From: Candidatus Rifleibacteriota bacterium
Lineage (GTDB): Bacteria > Muiribacteriota > Ozemobacteria > Ozemobacterales > Ozemobacteraceae
Length of the DNA stretch: 21,865 nt
Assembly (NCBI GenBank): GCA_051747585.1
Contig: JBNJGH010000056.1
Span: 1-21,865 of the forward strand
Reading direction: 5' to 3'
Below the pieces are notes generated by a model. It made no database searches and was not told the DNA's origin. It saw only the letters and a program-made list of their open reading frames with translations. Within the stretch, counting starts at the first letter, position 1. Every line of letters begins with the position of its first letter. Made by a program: the position numbers and the translations under genes. Below are positions 16,532 to 21,865 of this stretch, piece by piece.

Positions 16532-17224
16532 TTATTCTTTAAGCGACTTTTGGTTTATTAAAATAACTTTTTTCATCATTTCTTCGGCTTTTTCGAGCTT
16601 ATTGTTACGGCTGTAAATTTCGCCGAGTTCAAGGGTAAGTTTTGTAGCAGATTGCGGGGCTTCTTTTTCAAATTTGGCAATGCCTTCGAGCATAATTTTT
16701 TCAGCATCATCAAGTCTGCCATTTTGCATATACAATCGTGCTATCTCATGATATACGGGTATAATTTTTCTTGATATACCGACCTTTTTTAAACTTTTCT
16801 TATTTTCTGGCAGCTTCATGGCTGCCTGATGTTCTTCAAAAAGGTCCAGAATCTTTTTTAATTCTGCAGCCGCTTTATCGATTTCGTTTTGTTGTTCATA
16901 AATTCGAGCCAGATTTTTGTGCGCTTCTGCAATAGCCTGTAAAGCTTGCATTTTTTCGCGCTGCTTCATCATTTCTTCGTTTGGCATACCCTTGCCGGGT
17001 TTGCGTTTAAGCCCGGGCATTCCGGGGCGTTTTGGGTGTTGATTTGATCCTGTTGGGCGTATACCCGGTTTTGACGGGCGTTTGTCGTCGTCGAAGGCAG
17101 GCATCTGGGGTTTGCCCAGCGGATCTGGAGCCATTGGGCCTGTGGGTTGTGCCTGGGCTACAACAGCCATAGCAAATAGAAACATACTTACAATGAGAGT
17201 CAGCCTGAATTGTTTTCGTACCAT
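16532..17224 (-). CDS. Exported TPR protein with Pro/Gly-rich N-terminal region
   Basis: AGGAGG RBS; signal peptide ending AQA; RPGMPG-like low complexity; TPRs LARIYE, IARLYM and LGEIYS. Confidence 0.8.
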   Translation of the reverse strand: MVRKQFRLTLIVSMFLFAMAVVAQAQPTGPMAPDPLGKPQMPAFDDDKRPSKPGIRPTGSNQHPKRPGMPGLKRKPGKGMPNEEMMKQREKMQALQAIAEAHKNLARIYEQQNEIDKAAAELKKILDLFEEHQAAMKLPENKKSLKKVGISRKIIPVYHEIARLYMQNGRLDDAEKIMLEGIAKFEKEAPQSATKLTLELGEIYSRNNKLEKAEEMMKKVILINQKSLKE

Positions 17225-17772
17225 AAATCTTCCTCCTGTGTTGTTTCCTCTATAAAAGAGGGGATTGGGTCAGTTTCGTCGTTTTTGTCAACGAAGCTCA
17301 ATAATTTAGAGTCTTCGTATTCATAAAAGGTTACATCTGAAAAATTCTTTTCATAAAAACTTGGTAATTCTTTTTCCGTATCTTCAAGAAAGCTTTGAAT
17401 TTTTGCGGGTTTTAAATTGTTTTCTTTAATATGATTTTGCTGCAGTTGAATAACGGCAATAGCGGTAATAATAGAAAGTCCAAACACTATGCCGTATTTT
17501 AAACCGTTTAAAAAGCCTGCAAATAATGACTTGTCGTTATTCTCGCTTTCAGGTTGTTTTGCTGCGTCAGTGTTGTTGCTTATTTCTGTTGTGTCGGGCA
17601 TACACCTTGCTGTTGCCGACTGCCATTCTGCTTTAGAAAAGCCTTCAGGTGGATTTTTAAGCTCCTTGTTTAACCAGAGGGCGCATTCGTCACATTTATT
17701 CAGGTGTTTTTCAAGGCTTTGCATATCTTCGCCGTCATTTAAGATCTGTTTGCGAAATTCTTTACATTTCAT
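17200..17772 (-). CDS. Zinc-binding (ZAS / zf-HC2) single-TM anti-sigma factor
   Basis: MKC...HLNKCDEC (HxxxCxxC), one TM helix, overlaps the sigma gene end, AAGGAG RBS. Confidence 0.85.
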   Translation of the reverse strand: MKCKEFRKQILNDGEDMQSLEKHLNKCDECALWLNKELKNPPEGFSKAEWQSATARCMPDTTEISNNTDAAKQPESENNDKSLFAGFLNGLKYGIVFGLSIITAIAVIQLQQNHIKENNLKPAKIQSFLEDTEKELPSFYEKNFSDVTFYEYEDSKLLSFVDKNDETDPIPSFIEETTQEEDLWYENNSG

Positions 17773-18301
17773 TGGCGATTTCTCCTTTCTGATGGGTTTT
17801 TATCCATAGCTCGGCAAACCTTTTACGGGCTCTGAATAAGCGCACCTTGGTATTAGTTAAGGTCAGACCAAGAATTTCTCCAATTTCTTCCAGTTTTAAC
17901 TCATCCCAGTAAGCCAGCATAAGCAGGGCGCGATCATTTTCCGGCAATTGGTTAAGAATTTCTCTGGTATCGAGTTTCTGTTCGGCATCTTTATATTGTT
18001 GTTGTTTTGAATCATTTACCGGCTCAAGTGTTTTTTGTTTGTCTTTGTTGATTCGTTTAAGCGCTTTGCGATAAAGAATAGTATAAAGCCAGGTGCGAAG
18101 GCTTGAGTTGCCTTTGAAGCTTTGAATATACCTGAAAGCATCTTTAAATGTTTCTTGAACAACGTCTTCGGCATTTTCGCGGTTCCTGAGGAACCTCAAA
18201 GCGTGGGTAAACAAAAACTTCGAATGGTTGGTAAATAAAGCACGAAAGCCTTCTTCGCGTTTTTCTTTGGCTAGTTTTATCGCTTTTTGATCATCCATCA
18301 T
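17762..18301 (-). CDS. ECF RNA polymerase sigma-70 factor
   Basis: Region 2 AEDVVQETF..FKGNSSLRTWLYTI; region 4 LEEIGEILG..TKVRLFRARKR; 179 aa. Confidence 0.93.
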   Translation of the reverse strand: MMDDQKAIKLAKEKREEGFRALFTNHSKFLFTHALRFLRNRENAEDVVQETFKDAFRYIQSFKGNSSLRTWLYTILYRKALKRINKDKQKTLEPVNDSKQQQYKDAEQKLDTREILNQLPENDRALLMLAYWDELKLEEIGEILGLTLTNTKVRLFRARKRFAELWIKTHQKGEIANEM

Positions 18302-18306
18302 AATAT

Positions 18307-18336
18307 TTAGAGTATAAGTTCCTGCATCAGGTTACA
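18307..18336 (-). promoter_or_regulatory. Putative autoregulatory ECF promoter (leaderless)
   Basis: Minus strand TGTAACC-N16-ACTCTAA ending 5 nt before the ATG; no Shine-Dalgarno. Confidence 0.5.
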
Positions 18337-18380
18337 AAAAAAATCACCTTTTTGAAAAGAAATTTCAAAAAGGTGATTTT
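18336..18380 (-). terminator. Intrinsic terminator after murB
   Basis: Perfect 18-bp inverted repeat 18340-18357 / 18363-18380 with a T8 tract on the minus strand (18336-18343). Confidence 0.8.
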
Positions 18381-18390
18381 GGAGTCTAAT

Positions 18391-19296
18391 TTATTTACCT
18401 ATATAGAGAACTTCTTCTTGTAACTCTATGCCAAAATCTTTAAGCACCTTTGCTTTGAGCATATCAGCAAGTTCTTGTACGTCTTTTGCCGTAGCAGAGC
18501 CTTTATTGATAATAAAATTTGCGTGTTTATGATAGACCGAAGCTCCACCGCAGCTCATTTGCTTGGCACCAGCCTGCTCTAAAACAGCACCGGCCGCTCT
18601 TCGTCTTGTTTCACCAGGCAGGGGTGGGAGATTTTTGAAAAAAGAGCCGGCGCAGCCTACCGATTGATTGGGATGCTTGCTATGCCTTGTGGTTAATATT
18701 TCTTGTCTTCTTTTTTTGATTTCAGCAGGATTTCCCGGGTCCAGTTGAAATCGAGCATTCAAGACAATGTAATCTGTTGTTTTCAGTAAACTGGTGCGAT
18801 AAGAGAATTTAAAAAAAGAATTATCAACTTTTTTTACACTGCCATCGGGAAAAAGAACTTCGGCATCGATAAGAATGTCAGCTATGCTTCGTCCGTAAGC
18901 ACCAGCATTTCCATAAATAGCACCACCAATGCTTCCGGGAATGCCGCTGAGATACTCAGCTCCGGCAAAACCGTGCATGTAGGCAGTTTCTACCAGTTTT
19001 TCCAGAGGAAAACCTGTAGCAATTTCAATCTGCTTTCGGGTGGTGTTAACCAGATTTCGATCTTTACAGACGTTTCGAATTACAAGCCCTTCTATGCCTT
19101 CATCTGAAACCACAAGATTCGAGCCGCCCCCGAGAACAAACCACTTGAGTTTGTTCTCTCGGGCATAATTGATTGCCTGAACCAGACCCTGAACATCCTG
19201 AGCTTCATAAAAAAGCTCGGCCGGACCTCCTATTCGGAAAGTCACATATTTGTTCAGCAATACATCTTTTTCTAAATTATCAGGATTAAAAGTCAA
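18391..19296 (-). CDS. murB: UDP-N-acetylenolpyruvoylglucosamine reductase (UDP-N-acetylmuramate dehydrogenase)
   Basis: TFRIGGPA, LGGGSNLVVSD, GIPGSIGGAIYGNAGAYG, FSYRTS, AGSFFKN, HANFIIN, LQEEV. TTG 19296 is better spaced from GGAGG (19305-19309) than TTG 19302. Confidence 0.95.
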   Translation of the reverse strand: MTFNPDNLEKDVLLNKYVTFRIGGPAELFYEAQDVQGLVQAINYARENKLKWFVLGGGSNLVVSDEGIEGLVIRNVCKDRNLVNTTRKQIEIATGFPLEKLVETAYMHGFAGAEYLSGIPGSIGGAIYGNAGAYGRSIADILIDAEVLFPDGSVKKVDNSFFKFSYRTSLLKTTDYIVLNARFQLDPGNPAEIKKRRQEILTTRHSKHPNQSVGCAGSFFKNLPPLPGETRRRAAGAVLEQAGAKQMSCGGASVYHKHANFIINKGSATAKDVQELADMLKAKVLKDFGIELQEEVLYIGK

Positions 19297-19325
19297 ATAC
19301 AAAGCCTCCGCTTCAGTAAAAAAAA

Positions 19326-19877
19326 TTAGTTTTTATAGTTGCTTTTAATCTGAGTTGCAAGACCTTCATTTAATATAGAAACTTTCATTTTGTCGCCCTG
19401 GTCGATTTTTTCAGGAATGTCTTTTCCTTTTACTACCTGACCAAAAACAGTGTACTGGTTGTCAAGATGGGGTATTTTATCAAGGCAGATATAAAACTGG
19501 CTTCCGGCTGAATTTGGATCGCCGGCTCTTGCCATTGCCAAAGCGCCTTTCAGATGCTTACGTTCATTGAATTCTGCATTGAGGTTGTAACCGGGGCCGC
19601 CTGTGCCGTCACCTTTTGGGCAGCCACCCTGAACAACAAAGCCCGGAACGACTCTATGAAAAGTAAGATCATCGTAAAAACCGTCTTTAATTAGATCAAT
19701 CATGCTTTTTACGTGCATAGGCGCAACATCCGGATAAAGCTCTAAAAGCATGTCACCTTTATCGGTAGATATTTTTATTAGTGGGTTTTCCTGATTTTCC
19801 ATGGTTACATCAGCTGGAACCTGTGCCATACACATTGGGGTTACGAGTAAAAGAGTGATTAGAATAATTTCGAACAT
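19326..19877 (-). CDS. Cyclophilin-type peptidyl-prolyl cis-trans isomerase, probably exported
   Basis: FYDDLTFHRVVPGFVVQGG, AMARAGDPNSAGSQFYI, HLDNQYTVFGQV. Start moved to ATG 19877 (AGGAGG 19886-19891), which gives a signal peptide. Confidence 0.93.
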   Translation of the reverse strand: MFEIILITLLLVTPMCMAQVPADVTMENQENPLIKISTDKGDMLLELYPDVAPMHVKSMIDLIKDGFYDDLTFHRVVPGFVVQGGCPKGDGTGGPGYNLNAEFNERKHLKGALAMARAGDPNSAGSQFYICLDKIPHLDNQYTVFGQVVKGKDIPEKIDQGDKMKVSILNEGLATQIKSNYKN

Positions 19878-19904
19878 AAAAAAAGCCTCCTGTGAATTTA
19901 CTGT

Positions 19905-19933
19905 ATTGTATAATAAAGCTGATTTGGCTTCAA
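19905..19933 (-). promoter_or_regulatory. Putative sigma70 promoter for cyclophilin-murB
   Basis: TTGAAG-N17-TACAAT on the minus strand. Confidence 0.55.
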
Positions 19934-20106
19934 ATACAATCTTACAGTTTGGCAATATCATGACAGCGACGATCAAATCTTTTAAAAAATCGTCTCGGTG
20001 CGTTCTGTGCTATTATTGGTAAAAATTAAATTTTTAACAAAAAGAATAAAAGCAAAATCTTTGAAAACCACCTGATAACAGTTCACTGAGAATTGCTGGC
20101 AAAAAA

Positions 20107-20134
20107 TTGACAATTAAAAAATAGATGGTAAAAT
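20107..20134 (+). promoter_or_regulatory. Strong sigma70 promoter for the lipoprotein gene
   Basis: TTGACA-N16-TAAAAT with extended TG; A-rich upstream region; AAGGGAG RBS at 20161-20167. Confidence 0.7.
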
Positions 20135-20172
20135 TTTAAAATAAAATTTTTTATTTAATCAAGGGAGAATAC

Positions 20173-21699
20173 GTGGTGAACCACAGGTCAGTTTTTGTTT
20201 CTTTTTCCGTTTTAGTTCTTTTATCATTAGCATTATTGCCTACCGGTTGTGATTTTTTCGGAAATCAACCTGCCGGGCCATCGGCAATAAATCCATTAGC
20301 CCTTTCATCAGAAAAAGCTAATGTAAAATTTAATCTTGTGGTTCCACATAAGGGAGATGGTAATCCTTTACCGTCTATTCGTGCCCAATCAAGTGTTTCG
20401 ATTGTTTTCAGACTTATTGTTGCCCGACCGGGAGACACAGAGAAAACCAGGGATGTTTTTCTTAAAAATGCTCAAGTCGGTGCTGATGGTTCTGTTAGCG
20501 TAACTTTTAATAATATCCCCGAAAAACCCTGTATTGGTCAGTTAAGCATAACTAACGGCAGCTACCAGGGTTATAAGGATTTCCATGGCGCTCTGGATTT
20601 GAAAGAGGGCGATAACACTATGGAAATAGCCCCCACCGGTTCCAAACTTCCTCAAGATATTCTGGCGCATGCAGCAAATGCGGCTTTTAATAGTCCAGAA
20701 CTTATGGAGAATGCCAATGATTCTATTGTTCAGACAATTAATAATTCGATAAAAAATATAGATAAGACCAAAGATGATCTTTATTCTGTTGCTGTTAACA
20801 ATGCAATCGAGGTTTTACGCCCTCCGACTTCGACCTACTTTGCTATCAGTGCTGACAAAAAAAATCTCAAGGGTTTTTCCAATGGTGTAAAAAGTTGGGA
20901 AAATAGTACTTCTGATTATTTTTCAACTGACGACCTATGGGGTACCAGCATTTCTGATATGTACATTCAGCAGATTGTTCGTCAAAATCTTGGTGGGGTT
21001 GGTTACGTTTCCTGGAAACATAGCAGTCTTTCACCTTTCGCTATAGGCGCGGTTGATTCGGGTGGCTCAATGCTTGCATTTGTTAAAAATCCAGGTGTTT
21101 GTGAGCAAATTCTTGCGCTTTCTGATGGTTCTGTAATTATTGGTGGTTCTAACGATGATAAAGGTTGCCCGGTTCTTTTTCGTTGGTCGGGAAAGGAAAA
21201 TGCCAATACATGGTCAAATTCAGGTGGTGCTGAATCGGGTTTGATCTGGTATCATTATTTTACCGACCAGACTCATGACGGTTCAGGCGACAGACCCACT
21301 GTTAAAAGCTTGCAGTATGATGGCCAGGACACCCTTATAGTAACTGTTGACAATGTTGAAGATGATACGGTTAGAAGCTATCGAGTTTCACTTTCTGGCG
21401 GTAGTGTATTTGACCAGCAGGATGAGAAGCCAAACGATTTTCCTTCTGTGGTTCTTAAGAATCCAGCGAGTGGAAATTCATATTCGGTTGGTGATAATAT
21501 TGTTTTTGAAGCCGTTGCCTCAGATACAGATGGCAGTATTGCCAGGGTTGAATTTTTTGCTGAAGATATTAAGTTAGGATCAGATACATCTGAACCTTAT
21601 ACGCTAACAACCGACTCATTGACTAAAGGTTCTTATAAATTAAGCGCAGTTGCCTTAGACGACAAGGGAGCAAAACCCAATCAACCTTTTCAAAAATAA
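20173..21699 (+). CDS. Putative lipoprotein with C-terminal bacterial Ig-like domain; appears truncated by a frameshift
   Basis: Hydrophobic leader ending PTG-C; Ig-like PSVVLKNP..ASDTDGSIARVEFF..PYT..GSYKLSAVALDDKGA. The last Ig strand lies in the -1 frame. Confidence 0.8.
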   Translation: MVNHRSVFVSFSVLVLLSLALLPTGCDFFGNQPAGPSAINPLALSSEKANVKFNLVVPHKGDGNPLPSIRAQSSVSIVFRLIVARPGDTEKTRDVFLKNAQVGADGSVSVTFNNIPEKPCIGQLSITNGSYQGYKDFHGALDLKEGDNTMEIAPTGSKLPQDILAHAANAAFNSPELMENANDSIVQTINNSIKNIDKTKDDLYSVAVNNAIEVLRPPTSTYFAISADKKNLKGFSNGVKSWENSTSDYFSTDDLWGTSISDMYIQQIVRQNLGGVGYVSWKHSSLSPFAIGAVDSGGSMLAFVKNPGVCEQILALSDGSVIIGGSNDDKGCPVLFRWSGKENANTWSNSGGAESGLIWYHYFTDQTHDGSGDRPTVKSLQYDGQDTLIVTVDNVEDDTVRSYRVSLSGGSVFDQQDEKPNDFPSVVLKNPASGNSYSVGDNIVFEAVASDTDGSIARVEFFAEDIKLGSDTSEPYTLTTDSLTKGSYKLSAVALDDKGAKPNQPFQK

Positions 21700-21865
21700 C
21701 AGTTGGAGAAGCTGCGGCTTTAAGTTCCACTGAAGTCGACCTGGGCGGTGGAATCAAGATGAGTTTTGTGGCTATCCCAAATGGTAGTTTCTTAATGGGA
21801 GATGCCACAGACGATGGTTTTTTAGATGAAAAGCCTACAAGAACCGTTACTATCAGCGACGATTT
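21675..21865 (+). CDS. Partial -1 frame continuation encoding the start of a formylglycine-generating enzyme (FGE-sulfatase/SUMF1) domain; runs off the window
   Basis: Own translation: TQSTFSKITVGEAAALSSTEVDLGGGIKMSFVAIPNGSFLMGDATDDGFLDEKPTRTVTISDD. The MxFVxIPxGxFxMG..DExP.RxVTI signature is present; no stop to the window end. Confidence 0.8.

Noticed and set aside
19878..19976. N-terminal extension of the cyclophilin in the ORF track
   Set aside because: It contains the promoter and AGGAGG RBS for ATG 19877.
21670..21699. Canonical programmed -1 ribosomal frameshift
   Set aside because: No X-XXY-YYZ heptamer in frame and no obvious downstream stimulatory hairpin; kept only as a minor option.

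Overview
Bacterial chromosomal window (AT-rich; lineage cannot be fixed from sequence, possibly Ca. Riflebacteria-like, which is only an impression). Left to right: (1) a non-coding field of palindromic REP/MITE-like repeats at 1-880, several nested inside one another; (2) a minus-strand operon with a divergent CofG-like radical SAM protein fused to a hotdog thioesterase, a small unknown protein, a secreted 5'-nucleotidase and rlmE; (3) a plus-strand, translationally coupled MoxR/Bat operon (batD-like, moxR, DUF58, TPR/parvulin-like, DUF4381-like, batA, batB, batC) preceded by a sigmaE-like promoter; (4) a GAF plus degenerate GGDEF gene; (5) a second copy of a ~210-bp composite palindromic element whose inner core is inverted relative to the copy at 668-878; (6) a YejM/LTA-synthase-like membrane sulfatase; (7) an ECF sigma / zinc anti-sigma / TPR operon; (8) murB and a cyclophilin; (9) a lipoprotein with an Ig-like domain that continues after a -1 frame break into an FGE-sulfatase (SUMF1) domain running off the window. 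The most novel items are the composite repeat with a flipped, covarying three-hairpin core and the radical SAM-thioesterase fusion. No CRISPR array, tRNA, rRNA or transposase was recognised.
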